A stretch of DNA of 64,000 bases from Bacillus subtilis subsp. subtilis str. 168 (GCF_000009045.1 NC_000964.3:2790001-2854000); one strand, 5' to 3'; shown: positions 30,529-41,977, counted from the first letter of the stretch. Notes: a model not told the origin generated them from the letters alone. A program made the numbers and translations.

Positions 30529-32733
30529 TTAGTTCATGACGCGGCGCACAGAATAGATATCTCTAATCTGTTTAATACGCTCGACGACTTTATGCAAGTG
30601 ATTGATATTCTGGATAAAAATCGCCATATGGATGGTTGCCACTTTATTGCGATCCGATTTGCCAGAGACAGATGAAATATTGGTTTTCGTTTCATTCACT
30701 GCCTGGAGTACCTCGTTCAGCAATCCGCGGCGGTCATACCCAAGAATCTCTATCTCAACATTGTATTCCTTGCGCTTTTGAACTTGTGACTCATGTTCCC
30801 ACTCTACCGGGATCAGCCGCTCTTGGGCTTCATTCGTTTTGACATTCGGACAGTCTTCGCGATGGACCGAAACCCCTCTGCCTTTTGTGATAAAGCCGAC
30901 AATATCATCACCTGGCACAGGATTGCAGCATTTTGATAAACGGACAAGGAGGTTGTCAATGCCCTTGACACGAACGCCAGCTTCCCGTTTTCTTCCTTGC
31001 GGGTATGGCTTAGGTTCCCCAGTGACTTCCTGAACGATCTTTTCCTGTTCTTCCTGGTCGCGCTGCTTTCTCTCTTTTTCTGTTAGGCGGTTCGCCACCT
31101 GCAGAGCTGTGATGCCGTTGTAACCGACCGCCGCGTACATATCCTCTTCATTTGAGAAATTAAATTTGTCAGCAACCTTTTGAATATTCTCCGGCGTTAA
31201 AACATCCTTCAATTCAAAATCCAAGTTTTTAATTTCTTTTTCGACCAGCTCACGGCCTTTTTCGACATTTTCTTCACGCCGCTGTTTCTTAAAGAATTGA
31301 CGGATTTTATGCTTCGCTTGGGATGTTTGGGCAAGCTTCACCCAATCCTGGCTCGGACCGTAGGAATGCTTAGAGGTGAGAATTTCAACGATATCACCTG
31401 TCCGAAGCTTATGGTCAAGCGTAACCATTTTTCCGTTTACTTTGGCACCGATTGTTTTATTGCCGATTTCAGAGTGAATCCGGTAAGAAAAGTCAATCGG
31501 AACAGAACCGGACGGAAGCTCGATTACATCTCCTTTTGGCGTAAAGACATACACCATGTCAGAGAACAAATCAATTTTGAGCGATTCCATAAATTCTTCT
31601 GCATCTGTCGATTCATTTTGAAATTCTAAAATTTCACGGAACCAAGAAAGCTTTTTCTCAAAGGTTGCACCTTCATTGGCTGCTTTCCCTTCTTTATAAG
31701 CCCAGTGAGCCGCAACCCCGTATTCCGCTATTTCATGCATTTCAAAGGTGCGGATCTGCACTTCAAGCGGATCGCCTTTAGGCCCAATAACCGTTGTATG
31801 AAGCGATTGATACATATTCGGCTTCGGCATTGCGATATAATCTTTGAATCTGCCTGGCATCGGTTTCCAGCATGTGTGAATGATGCCAAGCACCGCGTAG
31901 CAGTCCTTTATGCTATTCACAAGAATACGGACAGCCAACAAATCGTAAATTTCATTGAATTGCTTATTTTGCAGCACCATTTTTCGATAAATGCTGTAAA
32001 TATGTTTCGGGCGTCCCGAGAAGTCAGCCTTGATATTTACTTCTTCGACACGTTTCTTCACTTCATTGACAACCTCATCGACATAAAGCTCTCGTTCTGC
32101 ACGTTTCTTCTTCATGAGGTTGACAATTCTGTAATATTGCTGAGGGTTCAAATAACGGAGCGCCGTATCTTCCAATTCCCACTTAATTTTTGAAATCCCG
32201 AGACGATGCGCCAAAGGAGCAAAAATTTCCAGCGTTTCATTGGAGATTCTCCGCTGTTTTTCCTGAGGCAGATGTTTCAGTGTCCGCATATTGTGAAGAC
32301 GATCCGCCAGCTTGATCAATATGACCCTGATATCTTGAGCCATAGCGACAAACATTTTGCGATGATTTTCCGCCTGCTGTTCCTCTTGAGATTTATATTT
32401 AATTTTGCCGAGTTTCGTTACGCCGTCTACAAGCATTGCCACTTCTTCGGAAAATGCTTCTTTCAGGTCATCGAGCGTCACATCTGTATCTTCCACGACA
32501 TCGTGCAAAAATCCGCCCGCGATTGTGGAAGGGTCCATTTCAAGATCAACGAGTATCCCCGCAACCTGAATCGGATGAATAATATATGGCTCGCCCGATT
32601 TGCGGTATTGCTCGCGATGAGCATCTTCAGCGTACAGATATGCTTTTTCGACAAATGCGATATGCTCATCAGATAGATAGCTGCGTGCTTTATCTATAAC
32701 TTGCTCGGCAGTCAATACTTGTTCGTTCGCCAT
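30529..32733 (-). CDS. relA: Bifunctional (p)ppGpp synthetase/hydrolase Rel
   Basis: HDVVED hydrolase motif, [18 protein letters not shown], zinc finger, ACT. Confidence 0.99.
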   Translation of the reverse strand: MANEQVLTAEQVIDKARSYLSDEHIAFVEKAYLYAEDAHREQYRKSGEPYIIHPIQVAGILVDLEMDPSTIAGGFLHDVVEDTDVTLDDLKEAFSEEVAMLVDGVTKLGKIKYKSQEEQQAENHRKMFVAMAQDIRVILIKLADRLHNMRTLKHLPQEKQRRISNETLEIFAPLAHRLGISKIKWELEDTALRYLNPQQYYRIVNLMKKKRAERELYVDEVVNEVKKRVEEVNIKADFSGRPKHIYSIYRKMVLQNKQFNEIYDLLAVRILVNSIKDCYAVLGIIHTCWKPMPGRFKDYIAMPKPNMYQSLHTTVIGPKGDPLEVQIRTFEMHEIAEYGVAAHWAYKEGKAANEGATFEKKLSWFREILEFQNESTDAEEFMESLKIDLFSDMVYVFTPKGDVIELPSGSVPIDFSYRIHSEIGNKTIGAKVNGKMVTLDHKLRTGDIVEILTSKHSYGPSQDWVKLAQTSQAKHKIRQFFKKQRREENVEKGRELVEKEIKNLDFELKDVLTPENIQKVADKFNFSNEEDMYAAVGYNGITALQVANRLTEKERKQRDQEEQEKIVQEVTGEPKPYPQGRKREAGVRVKGIDNLLVRLSKCCNPVPGDDIVGFITKGRGVSVHREDCPNVKTNEAQERLIPVEWEHESQVQKRKEYNVEIEILGYDRRGLLNEVLQAVNETKTNISSVSGKSDRNKVATIHMAIFIQNINHLHKVVERIKQIRDIYSVRRVMN

Positions 32734-32772
32734 GGAATCACCTTTTTTAAAATGTAAACTGTATTGTAGTTT

Positions 32773-32801
32773 ATTATCAAGAAAAAAACGAAAGATGTAA
32801 A
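32773..32801 (-). promoter_or_regulatory. Candidate SigA promoter for relA-dtd
   Basis: TTTACA-17 nt-GATAAT. Confidence 0.5.
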
Positions 32802-32853
32802 GAGCAGAAGTTCAAATAGCCAAATATTATATAAAATAAATGCAAAACAATAG

Positions 32854-32884
32854 GAAAAAAGCACCCTGACATGGAGTGCTTTTT
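32854..32884 (-). terminator. apt terminator
   Basis: AAAAGCACTC-catgtca-GGGTGCTTTTTTT. Confidence 0.78.
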
Positions 32885-32900
32885 CGTTATGCGGTTATCC

Positions 32901-33413
32901 TTAGTATTTCATCAATGTTAAGATGTCGTAATCTTCGAGCTTATTTCTGCCGTCAAGGTAAGAAAGCTCGATTAAGAAAGCGATACCAGCAACAACGCCG
33001 CCAAGTTCTTCAACAAGTTTGATTGTCGCTTCAATTGTGCCGCCTGTCGCAAGCAGGTCATCTGTAATAAGCACACGCTGACCAGGCTTAATCGCATCTT
33101 TGTGGATCGTTAATACGTCTTTTCCGTATTCCAAGCCATAATCCACTTTGATTACTTCACGAGGCAACTTGCCTTCTTTGCGGACCGGCGCAAAACCTAC
33201 GCCAAGCGCGTAAGCAACGGGACAGCCGATAATAAAGCCGCGCGCTTCAGGGCCAACGACCAAATCAATTTGCTTTTCTTTCGCATATTCAACAATTTGA
33301 TCTGTGGCATAGCGGTATACATCGCCTTTATCCATCAGTGTCGTAATATCTTTAAATTGCACGCCCTCTTTCGGGTAATCCGGTACAATTGTTACGTATT
33401 GTTTTAAATCCAT
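32901..33413 (-). CDS. apt: Adenine phosphoribosyltransferase
   Basis: [23 protein letters not shown]. Confidence 0.98.
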   Translation of the reverse strand: MDLKQYVTIVPDYPKEGVQFKDITTLMDKGDVYRYATDQIVEYAKEKQIDLVVGPEARGFIIGCPVAYALGVGFAPVRKEGKLPREVIKVDYGLEYGKDVLTIHKDAIKPGQRVLITDDLLATGGTIEATIKLVEELGGVVAGIAFLIELSYLDGRNKLEDYDILTLMKY

Positions 33414-33418
33414 CTGTT

Positions 33419-35779
33419 TTATGTCCTCCTCGTACTTTCATAAGCCTCTGAATCTTGTTTCATCAGCTTATTCAGCCATTCCTTCAGCTCTTCAGCAGAA
33501 GAATAATTCAGCTTTTGATCCAGTTCCATCAGCTGCTGTTTCGCCTGATATGTTTGTGAGTCTGTTAAGTCGCGTTTCTTTGCTCCGCTCACAACAGACA
33601 GCACACCATTCTCTATTTTAACAAAACCGAGATCAAAAAACACCTTTGTCATGAAATTGATTGTTTCAACGGACCAGCCTTTATGTTTTGCAAGCTCTGA
33701 ACCGTGTTTTTTCACGTCAAAAGCGCCTCTTTTCAGCAAGAACGCATAATACCATTTAAAGTGGTCTCTTGCGGGAAAAGTTGATAAAAAGTGGTCCTCA
33801 TGATTGAGAAAAATAAAATATATCCGCTCGGGCGCCTTTCCTTCCAGCAAACGTGCGAGCATGTCCAGCGAAGGCGGCGGATCCAGTAATACAATATATG
33901 CACCATCGAGGTCAAACGCCTTTGCTTGATCTTTAGAACTGATGACGTGCACTTCTCGGCGAAGGTCTTCAGTTTGAAGTAATGTTGTTGAGTCTTCTTT
34001 GAAAGAGACAATGGCCCGTTTAGCAGATGGAAGGGCGGAAACTGTGTCTTCCCACGTCCGTTTTCCCCTTAAATCAAACAGCTGCCATTCAGAAACAGCG
34101 GCATCCTTTATCATAAGCTGCGGCTTTTTTCGATTGTTCCATTCGTTGATTGACATCTCACCGACAATGGAAATTCTTGAACCCGGTACGATGCCTTCTT
34201 GAAGCTCGCCTTTATTAAAACCGACGCAATCAAGCTGGGACGACTCGTTTCTGATCGTCATTTTGACATGAGTTTTATTTGCCCCTATCTTGCGGACATC
34301 TTCCAGTACTGCATTTTCTACGAGAACGTGCGGTTTCGGGTTCAGCATGCCAAAAGGAGACAGCATGTTCATTTCTGCGATGCTTTCAACTGTAATGTCT
34401 TCGACGCCGCAGACAAGGTCGACTTCCTGTACGGGAATAAAATCCTCTTCCGTAAGCGTATTGTCCGCTATTTCATTCAGCCTGCTTCGCAAATCCGGCA
34501 CATCTTCGGCTTTCAGCGTCATCCCCGCAGCCATTGGATGGCCGCCGAAATGAGGAAGAATATCTCTGCATTCAGAAAGGCTCTCAAATAAATTAAATCC
34601 TCTGATGCTTCGGGCCGAACCTTTAGCGATTCCCTTTTCTTCATCAATACCAAGAACAATGGCCGGTCGGTAGAAACGGTCCACAAGCTTTGAAGCCACA
34701 ATCCCGACGACTCCCGGGTTCCATCCGGCTTTGGCCACGACAATTGCAGTTTGATCGAGCCCTTGCTGTTCAACCATTTCAATCGCTTCATCCGTCATTT
34801 TGCTGACCATTTTTTGGCGCTCTTTGTTCAGCTGGTCAATTTCTGCGGCAAGCTCTTCCGCTTCAAACGAATCCTCTGACATAAGCAAATGAACAGCGGG
34901 ATCCGCCTGTTCGATTCTTCCGACGGCATTCAGCCTTGGTGCGAGCTGAAATCCGACTGTTTCTTCGTTCGCTTCTCCGATGTCTCCGCCTGACAGCTTA
35001 ATCAGCTCTTTTAAGCCGAGCCGATTTGTCCGTCGAAGCCTTTCAAGTCCTAGTGTTGCTATTAATCTGTTTTCGTCATGCAGCGGGACTAGATCGGCAA
35101 TGGTGCCGATAGCCGCCAGGTCAAGCAGTTCATCAGGAAGTTCACCCAATAAAGCGTGGGCAAGCTTAAACGCGACTCCAACCCCGGCAAGCTCTTTAAA
35201 CGGGTAAGTGCAGCCAGGCTGCTTCGGGTGGACGATCGCACGGACATCCGGAAGCTCCGGTCCCGGTTCATGATGATCGGTAATGATGACATCCAGTCCG
35301 AGTTCCTTTGCCACCTTCGCTTCATGCACAGCGGCAATTCCTGTATCAACCGTAATGATCAAAGAGAAGCCCCGTTCTTTAATCGAACGAAACGCCTGTT
35401 CATTAGGTCCATATCCTTCTTTAAAACGGTCAGGTATATAAAAATCAACTTGAGCCGACAGTTTTTGCAGCGTGTGAAGCATCACTGACGTACTTGTAAC
35501 CCCATCGGCGTCATAATCGCCATATATCATAATCTTTTCTTGTTGTGAAATCGCCTGTTTTATTCGATCTGCCGCTTCTTTCATGCCTTTCATTTCAAAA
35601 GGATCATAAAAATCGGCATCCTTTGTATGTAAAAACAGCCTAGCGCTTTCTGCCGTATCAAAGCCTCTTTTTACAAGCAGGGACGCAACAAGAGGTGTTA
35701 TATGCAATTGTTCTGTGAGTGATTTGACCTTATCCTGATCTGGTCGCTGGATTTCCCATCGCATTTTTGACGCTAACAT
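33419..35779 (-). CDS. recJ: ssDNA exonuclease RecJ (YrvE) with C-terminal extension
   Basis: [26 protein letters not shown]. Confidence 0.97.
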   Translation of the reverse strand: MLASKMRWEIQRPDQDKVKSLTEQLHITPLVASLLVKRGFDTAESARLFLHTKDADFYDPFEMKGMKEAADRIKQAISQQEKIMIYGDYDADGVTSTSVMLHTLQKLSAQVDFYIPDRFKEGYGPNEQAFRSIKERGFSLIITVDTGIAAVHEAKVAKELGLDVIITDHHEPGPELPDVRAIVHPKQPGCTYPFKELAGVGVAFKLAHALLGELPDELLDLAAIGTIADLVPLHDENRLIATLGLERLRRTNRLGLKELIKLSGGDIGEANEETVGFQLAPRLNAVGRIEQADPAVHLLMSEDSFEAEELAAEIDQLNKERQKMVSKMTDEAIEMVEQQGLDQTAIVVAKAGWNPGVVGIVASKLVDRFYRPAIVLGIDEEKGIAKGSARSIRGFNLFESLSECRDILPHFGGHPMAAGMTLKAEDVPDLRSRLNEIADNTLTEEDFIPVQEVDLVCGVEDITVESIAEMNMLSPFGMLNPKPHVLVENAVLEDVRKIGANKTHVKMTIRNESSQLDCVGFNKGELQEGIVPGSRISIVGEMSINEWNNRKKPQLMIKDAAVSEWQLFDLRGKRTWEDTVSALPSAKRAIVSFKEDSTTLLQTEDLRREVHVISSKDQAKAFDLDGAYIVLLDPPPSLDMLARLLEGKAPERIYFIFLNHEDHFLSTFPARDHFKWYYAFLLKRGAFDVKKHGSELAKHKGWSVETINFMTKVFFDLGFVKIENGVLSVVSGAKKRDLTDSQTYQAKQQLMELDQKLNYSSAEELKEWLNKLMKQDSEAYESTRRT

Positions 35780-35801
35780 AAATTCACCCCTCAACCACCC
35801 T

Positions 35802-35831
35802 ATTATACTAGAGCAGGCTGAGGGGTTTCAA
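35802..35831 (-). promoter_or_regulatory. SigA promoter for recJ-apt
   Basis: TTGAAA-18 nt-TATAAT. Confidence 0.6.
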
Positions 35832-35845
35832 ATAATATTCGAAAA

Positions 35846-36169
35846 CTAGTCTTTTTTCTCAATCATGGCTGATGCATCCTGTGTGTCAGTCTGATCAGCA
35901 AGATGAGTATCCTCTTGTTTATGTATTGCTGTTCTATTTTCTTTCCGCAAGGTTTTTATTTCCCGCTTCAATTTCATTACCTGAAAAATGCCGACAGAAA
36001 ATACGATCAGTGCTCCCATTAAAACTGAGCCCAAAATAACAAGAATGAGCGGCCATTCTGATCTTCCAAACAGGTAATCAACTTCTACGGATCGAACATT
36101 AATGACTGCGAAAATAGCGACAATTAAGGTGAAAATAAGTGCGAAAATAATGGTCCATTGTTTATTCAT
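35846..36169 (-). CDS. yrvD: Small two-TM LapA-domain (DUF1049-like) membrane protein
   Basis: IFAVIN...VDYLFG...WPLILVILGSVLMG; basic coil follows. Confidence 0.82.
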   Translation of the reverse strand: MNKQWTIIFALIFTLIVAIFAVINVRSVEVDYLFGRSEWPLILVILGSVLMGALIVFSVGIFQVMKLKREIKTLRKENRTAIHKQEDTHLADQTDTQDASAMIEKKD

Positions 36170-36244
36170 TCTCTTTTCCCCCAAACTTCTTATTGAGGTA
36201 ACTTTCCCAATCAAGACTGGTTTTAAACATGGCTTAACACTAGG

Positions 36245-36742
36245 TTAAGCTCCCTTTGCTGTTAATTTTTCCCGGATCAGCCTCTTCAGTCCGGTTCCCT
36301 CACCGGAAATCACAAGTGTATCGCCTTCGTCAATGACTGTTTCAGAGCTCGGATTCAGTTGTTTATCCTGATTCTTTTTAACAATTGCAATGACCGTCAC
36401 ATGATATTCCTGACCCACATTCAAATCACCAATCGTCTGATGAATGGCAGGCGCTCCCGCCTCTGCTTTACACCACTCTATAATCAAATCATCAAGGGCT
36501 GACTCGACCTGTTCTAATGCTTTCGGTTTATATGCCATTCCGCCAAGAATTGCAGACATTTGCCTTGCTTCAGCGTCATCAAACTGCACGGAGGCAACAC
36601 ATTCCTCATGGTCGTTTTCGTCAAAATAGTAAAGCTCTCTCCGTCCGTCATGATGAATGATAATTGAAATTTTATCACGGTTTCTAGTAATCATTTCAAC
36701 TTTTTGTCCTATGCCCGGCAGCTCTGATTCGCGAACCCTCAT
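36245..36742 (-). CDS. yrvC: KhtT-like RCK_C (TrkA-C) regulatory protein
   Basis: RESELPGIG, HHDGRRELY, RQMSAILGG, C-terminal TrkA-C (NPSSETVIDEGDTLVISG). Confidence 0.85.
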   Translation of the reverse strand: MRVRESELPGIGQKVEMITRNRDKISIIIHHDGRRELYYFDENDHEECVASVQFDDAEARQMSAILGGMAYKPKALEQVESALDDLIIEWCKAEAGAPAIHQTIGDLNVGQEYHVTVIAIVKKNQDKQLNPSSETVIDEGDTLVISGEGTGLKRLIREKLTAKGA

Positions 36743-36822
36743 ATATAAACCCTCCTACATATCTGAAAACCAGCCATAAACACTTTTAACACCATATATA
36801 TGTTTAAATGTAAGCGTATGTC

Positions 36823-36851
36823 ATTATAGCAAATGTCTATTTTAAGTTCAA
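36823..36851 (-). promoter_or_regulatory. SigA promoter for yrvC-yrvD
   Basis: TTGAAC-17 nt-TATAAT with extended -10 TGc. Confidence 0.7.
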
Positions 36852-36860
36852 TGAAACTTC

Positions 36861-36892
36861 AAAAAACAGGCTGCCCTGCAGAGGACAGCCTG
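36861..36892 (-). terminator. secDF terminator
   Basis: CAGGCTGTCCT-ctgc-AGGGCAGCCTG then TTTTTT. Confidence 0.85.
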
Positions 36893-36899
36893 ATATTTT

Positions 36900-39113
36900 T
36901 TATTGCGCCGAATCTTTTTTCAGTTCTCTTCCTTTCCATGCAAGCCAAATTTGTGCGGCAATGTATAGAGAAGAATAAACGCCTGTTAACAGCCCGACCA
37001 ATAAAGCAATTGAGAAGTTAGTAATAGAAGATGCTCCAAAGATCAGCAATGTCACAACAACAATCACAACGGTTAATACAGTGTTAATTGAACGTGTAAA
37101 GGTTTGCTGCAGGCTCAGGTTTACAATATGGTTCAGATCGGCAAAGGTTTTCGGCTTACGCTTTTTCATATGCTCGCGGACCCTGTCAAATGTAACGATT
37201 GTATCGTTAATGGAATACCCGATTATCGTCAAGATGGCCGCGATGAATGTAACATCTACCTCAAGCCTTGTAATACTGAAGAACGTGACGATAAAGAATG
37301 CGTCATATAGCAATGAGGCGATGGCAGCAATCGCCATTTTGTATTCGAATCGGATTGAAACGTAAATAATGATGCCAATAGAAGCTATAGCAACTGCGTA
37401 CAGCGCATTTCTCGCCAGCTCCTTACCGACTGTCGGTGAAACTGTGCTGACATTTGGATCAGATCCGTATTTGTCTTTAAAATACGTTTTTACTTTTGCA
37501 ATGGTTTCTTTATCTGGCACCCCGACAAAACGGGCAACACCGATATTGCTCTTTTCGCCTGACAGAACTACAGTATCAGGGTCCATACCCAGAGATTCAA
37601 AATCCTTCTCAACTTGCTCTGTCGTCAGCTTATGGTCGCTTTGCACTTCAATCCGTGCACCGCTTGCAAAGTCAATGCCAAGATTCAGCCTGAACACAAG
37701 CAGGATAATAATCCCGGCAACCGTGACCGCACTGGAGAAAATAAAGAAGTATTTGCGTTTGCTCGTGAAATCCCATTTTTGGAATGGCGTATGCGGCTCT
37801 GTATTTTCATCCGTATCCTGAATATCCATGATATGTTTCTTATTGACACCAAACCAGCCTTTTTTCCGATCAAGCCATCTGCTTTCCACAAGGAGAGCGA
37901 GGAGAAATCTCGATAAGAAAACGGCAGTGATAAAGCTTGTCAAAATCGATAGGATCAGCATTGTCGCAAACCCTTTAACAGAGCTTGTCCCAAAGATAAA
38001 GAGCACAACCGCTGCAATAATGGTTGTAATATTCGCGTCAAAAATCGTCGCAAATGACCGTCTGTTTCCTGAACGGAAGGCAGAGCGGACTGACTTTCCT
38101 AGCTTGAGCTCTTCTTTAATCCGCTCATAGGTAATAATGTTGGCGTCAACAGCCATCCCGACACCTAAAATGAGAGCGGCAATTCCCGGAAGCGTGAGTA
38201 CGGCATTCATCCAGTCAAAGATCTGGAGTGTAATGTAGATATAAACAGACAGCGTAATCACCGCGATTAATCCCGGCAGACGGTAATAGAAAAGCATAAA
38301 TAAGAAAATAATTGCGATACCGACAATACCGGCAAACACCGTATCATGGAGAGCCTGCTGGCCGAATTGCGCGCCTACTGATGTCGAATACTTTTCAGTC
38401 AGTTTCACAGGAAGTGCGCCTGCGTTTAAAATGCTGGCTAAATCTTTCGCTTCTTGAGCTGTGAAATGACCTTCAATTTTTACATCAGTTGTATTTAGTT
38501 CCTGACTTACATTTGGAGCGGATACAAATTTAGGATGCTCTTTTTGAACTTCTTTCTTAAAGGAATCACCTTTATCATAATCCAACCAAATGACAAGCTG
38601 GTTGTTTGGCGCCATTTTCATGACCTTCTTGGTCACTTCACCAAATTTATCAGCGTCTTTCAGCTTAATCGTGACAATTGGCTCATTTGTTGTGCTATCA
38701 TAAGTTTGTTTAGCGCCGTTTTCGACTAGATCAGCACCGTTTAACAGTTCCTTATCATTTGCATCTCTGAAAGAAAGCTGCGCTTCAGTCGCCAAAATTT
38801 CACGCGCTCTGTTTTGGTTTGTCACGCCAGCGAGCTGAACGCGAATCCGGTTATTCCCTTCAATTTGGATGTTCGGTTCGCTGACACCGAGAACATTGGC
38901 CCGGCGGTTCAGTGCCTCTACTGTGCTGACCAGAACGTCTTTTGTGATTTTGTCACCTTTTTTTACAGGCTGTACATCATACAGCACCTCAAATCCGCCT
39001 TGCAAATCCAATCCTAACGTAATATTGTTAGCGGCAGGCTTCGTAAAGTAGCCCAAGCCCGTGCCGATCAATAGAACGAAAAGGAAAAACGCAATCAAGC
39101 GTCCTTTTTTCAT
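36900..39113 (-). CDS. secDF: Fused protein translocase subunit SecDF
   Basis: LGLDLQGG, GMAVDANI, LGIDFASG, GYSINDTIVTFDR. Confidence 0.98.
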   Translation of the reverse strand: MKKGRLIAFFLFVLLIGTGLGYFTKPAANNITLGLDLQGGFEVLYDVQPVKKGDKITKDVLVSTVEALNRRANVLGVSEPNIQIEGNNRIRVQLAGVTNQNRAREILATEAQLSFRDANDKELLNGADLVENGAKQTYDSTTNEPIVTIKLKDADKFGEVTKKVMKMAPNNQLVIWLDYDKGDSFKKEVQKEHPKFVSAPNVSQELNTTDVKIEGHFTAQEAKDLASILNAGALPVKLTEKYSTSVGAQFGQQALHDTVFAGIVGIAIIFLFMLFYYRLPGLIAVITLSVYIYITLQIFDWMNAVLTLPGIAALILGVGMAVDANIITYERIKEELKLGKSVRSAFRSGNRRSFATIFDANITTIIAAVVLFIFGTSSVKGFATMLILSILTSFITAVFLSRFLLALLVESRWLDRKKGWFGVNKKHIMDIQDTDENTEPHTPFQKWDFTSKRKYFFIFSSAVTVAGIIILLVFRLNLGIDFASGARIEVQSDHKLTTEQVEKDFESLGMDPDTVVLSGEKSNIGVARFVGVPDKETIAKVKTYFKDKYGSDPNVSTVSPTVGKELARNALYAVAIASIGIIIYVSIRFEYKMAIAAIASLLYDAFFIVTFFSITRLEVDVTFIAAILTIIGYSINDTIVTFDRVREHMKKRKPKTFADLNHIVNLSLQQTFTRSINTVLTVVIVVVTLLIFGASSITNFSIALLVGLLTGVYSSLYIAAQIWLAWKGRELKKDSAQ

Positions 39114-39151
39114 TATGTATATCCTCCCTTAAACCTGTGCGAATCAACCTG

Positions 39152-39448
39152 CTATCTCAGCAGTTCTTCCAATGCTTCCTGGCCCTCTTCACTGCCCAGC
39201 CAATTAGACGTTTTAAATGACTCAACGGTTGCATAGTTCATAAATTCGCCAATTTTCACTGATAAAATATCACTCGCCAGTTCATAAATGCTCAGTTCCG
39301 TTTTCTTTTTCCACTTCTTATCTGTTAAGTATGACCACAAACTTTCGAGTTCAACATCATCATACCCGAGAATCTTAAACTCTTCCAGTTTGCTGTAAAG
39401 AAACGGCCTGACGTGGTCTTTATATAGATCGGCTGGATGCTTCTCCAC
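39152..39448 (-). CDS. comN: Post-transcriptional regulator ComN (YrzD)
   Basis: SKLEEFKILGY...LWSYL..KKWKK; GTG 39448 best spaced from SD AAGGAG. Confidence 0.85.
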   Translation of the reverse strand: MEKHPADLYKDHVRPFLYSKLEEFKILGYDDVELESLWSYLTDKKWKKKTELSIYELASDILSVKIGEFMNYATVESFKTSNWLGSEEGQEALEELLR

Positions 39449-39489
39449 GAATTCCACGCTCCTTTTTTATTGTTTTTCAAGAAGACTTG

Positions 39490-39519
39490 TCATGCTTGGA
39501 CGACATATACGCATATCTT
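39490..39519 (+). promoter_or_regulatory. SigE-like promoter for spoVB
   Basis: TCATGCT-15 nt-CATATCTT. Confidence 0.5.
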
Positions 39520-39563
39520 TATTGTATATGATTCCAGGTAGTTTGAGAAGGCAGGGGGTAAAA

Positions 39564-41120
39564 ATGGCGAAACAGACGTTTTTAAAGGGCACTCTTATCC
39601 TTATCGCAGCAGGAATGGTTACAAGAATGCTCGGGTTTGTCAACCGGGTGGTTATCGCCCGTTTTATCGGTGAAGAAGGAGTCGGGCTTTACATGATGGC
39701 AGCGCCTACTTTCTTCTTGGCCACTACATTAACTCAATTCGGTCTGCCGGTCGCGATCAGCAAGCTAGTCGCTGAAGCCAGTGCGCGCGGAGATCATCAA
39801 AAAACGAAAAATATTTTAGTCATGTCTCTGACCATTACGGGAGTGCTCAGCCTCATCTTTACACCGCTGTTTCTGTTTTTCGCCCCTGTTATGGCTGAAA
39901 CGATGCTGACAGATAAGCGAACACTGTATCCGCTCTTGGCCATTACGCCTGTTGTGCCGATTATTGCTATATCGAGTGTGCTGAGGGGATACTTTCAAGG
40001 AAAACAGAATATGAACCCGCTTGCTATGTCACAAGTCCTTGAACAGGTTGTCCGCATTTCACTCGTGGCTGTCTGCACAACGATTTTTCTCCCTTACGGA
40101 ATTGAATATGCTGCAGCGGGGGCAATGCTATCCTCAGTGGCAGGGGAGCTGGCATCACTTCTTTATTTATTCGTTTGCTTTAAGTATAAAAAGACAATTA
40201 AAATCAGAAAGCATTTTTTACAGTCAATTAAAAACGGAAAACAAACCTTTACCCAATTAATGAGCGTGTCCCTTCCAACAACCGGGAGCCGCTTTATCGG
40301 AAACCTCTCTTGGTTTTTCGAGCCAATCGTCGTCGCTCAAAGCCTTGCCATCGCCGGTGTGGCAACAGTTGCCGCAACAAAGCAATACGGGGAACTAACC
40401 GGCTTTGCCATGACGCTGCTGACTCTGCCCAGCTTTATTACATATTCTTTGTCGACCGCGCTTGTTCCTGCGATCAGTGAAGGAATGGAGCAGAAAAAAT
40501 TGCAGGTGGTGGAATACCGCTTAGAACAGGCGATGCGTCTCTGTCTGCTCAGCGGAGGCATTTCAGTTGTTATTTTATTTGTATTTGCGGATGAGCTGAT
40601 GAGAGTGATGTACGGTTCCTCAGGCGCAGCTGTATTTATAAAAGTGATGGCCCCGTTTTTTCTGCTTTATTATTTCCAAGGCCCGCTTCAAGCTGTGCTG
40701 CAGGCGCTTAATTTGGCAGGAGCTGCGATGATGAACAGCTTAATCGGAGCGCTTGTCAAAACAGGCCTTATTTTTGTCCTTGCCACAAGGCCTTCTCTTG
40801 GCATTATGGGCGCGGCATTAGCCATTGTGACAGGCATGGTGCTCGTCACGCTATTGCACGCAGCAACCGTAAGCAAAGTGCTGCCGATCAGCATCAAAAT
40901 CAAGGAGTACGCGCTCAGCTTCGCTGTTATTGTAATTTGCGGATTCATCAGCTCCGCCATCAAACAATATATAAGCTTTGGAGCATCTGAGGCTGTCAAT
41001 CTAGCCGGATGGATTGCGGCGAGCGCCGCCATTTATATGATCCTCCTGCTCGTTTTCCGTTTAATTAAAAAAGATGAGCTTCGCCGCATTCCCATTATCG
41101 GACGGTTGATCATCCGATAA
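39564..41120 (+). CDS. spoVB: MOP-family (MurJ-like) cortex precursor flippase
   Basis: MAKQTFLKGTLIL, GEEGVGLY, GLPVAISKLVA, RGYFQG; about 14 TM. Confidence 0.96.
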   Translation: MAKQTFLKGTLILIAAGMVTRMLGFVNRVVIARFIGEEGVGLYMMAAPTFFLATTLTQFGLPVAISKLVAEASARGDHQKTKNILVMSLTITGVLSLIFTPLFLFFAPVMAETMLTDKRTLYPLLAITPVVPIIAISSVLRGYFQGKQNMNPLAMSQVLEQVVRISLVAVCTTIFLPYGIEYAAAGAMLSSVAGELASLLYLFVCFKYKKTIKIRKHFLQSIKNGKQTFTQLMSVSLPTTGSRFIGNLSWFFEPIVVAQSLAIAGVATVAATKQYGELTGFAMTLLTLPSFITYSLSTALVPAISEGMEQKKLQVVEYRLEQAMRLCLLSGGISVVILFVFADELMRVMYGSSGAAVFIKVMAPFFLLYYFQGPLQAVLQALNLAGAAMMNSLIGALVKTGLIFVLATRPSLGIMGAALAIVTGMVLVTLLHAATVSKVLPISIKIKEYALSFAVIVICGFISSAIKQYISFGASEAVNLAGWIAASAAIYMILLLVFRLIKKDELRRIPIIGRLIIR

Positions 41121-41123
41121 TGG

Positions 41124-41780
41124 TCACGTGCGGTGCCCATCTTTTTCATCAATATATATTTCTCCGTCTGTAAACGAGCAAAATGAAATATCTGAAGGGT
41201 TTGTGTATCCGTGTTTTTGCAAACTTTCAAGCAGCCATTTTCTATCTTTACTGATTCTGGACAGGTTTTCTGTTTGAATGAAGCCGTCTATAATGAGCGG
41301 CATTTCGAGCTGCCGATGCTCTCCGCTGTTTTCTTTCTTAACAATAGTCAGTTTGCCCGACGGCTCTAAAATAGCAAATGATACGTCAGCTACTCTGTCG
41401 ATGCTATTTTCTCTGAGCTGAACCATTAAATCATCAAAATTATAACGCTGTGATTTCATGGCTTCTTCGTCAATTTTTCCATATTTGATAATTATGGTCG
41501 GCTTACCGTCAAGAAGCTGGCGGACTTTTCGGTTTTTTAAAGAAAAGTATGCCAAAGTCACTTGAATGATCATTAATACAAGCATTGGCAAAATGGTATG
41601 AAATAGATGATCGTCTACGTTTTCTATGGCTAAAACGGCAATTTCAGCCATCATGATAAAGACAACGAGATCTAAAATACTAAGCTCTCCGATCTCCCGT
41701 TTGCCCATGAAACGAAAAATGACCAATATCACAAAATACAATACGACTGTGCGAAACGCAATAGTGAGAAGCTCTTCCAT
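41124..41780 (-). CDS. yrbG: DUF421 (YetF-like) membrane protein
   Basis: [30 protein letters not shown]; SD GAGGTG. Confidence 0.88.
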
Positions 41781-41863
41781 TATGCACCTCCAACTCATTA
41801 TAGGTTGCAACAAAATGATCAATTTATGTAAGAAAAACCGATTGCATTTCACAAAGCTTTTAC

Positions 41864-41887
41864 GTCTAATTCATGGGATAAGGGAAT
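41864..41887 (+). promoter_or_regulatory. SigB-like promoter for yrzE
   Basis: GTCTAA-12 nt-GGGAAT. Confidence 0.5.
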
Positions 41888-41977
41888 ACATTTTTACAAA
41901 GACGAGCCATCAGCATGTCTGACGGTTTTGAACAAAAAGAACAGAAGCCTTTTAATACAGGCAGAGAGGAGACAATC

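Noticed and set aside
31297-32676. Long plus-strand ORFs (110-162 aa) antisense to relA
   Set aside because: Shadow frames of a conserved gene, with no SD and no recognisable domain.
36793-36802. Palindrome CATATATATG upstream of yrvC
   Set aside because: Low-complexity AT palindrome expected by chance.
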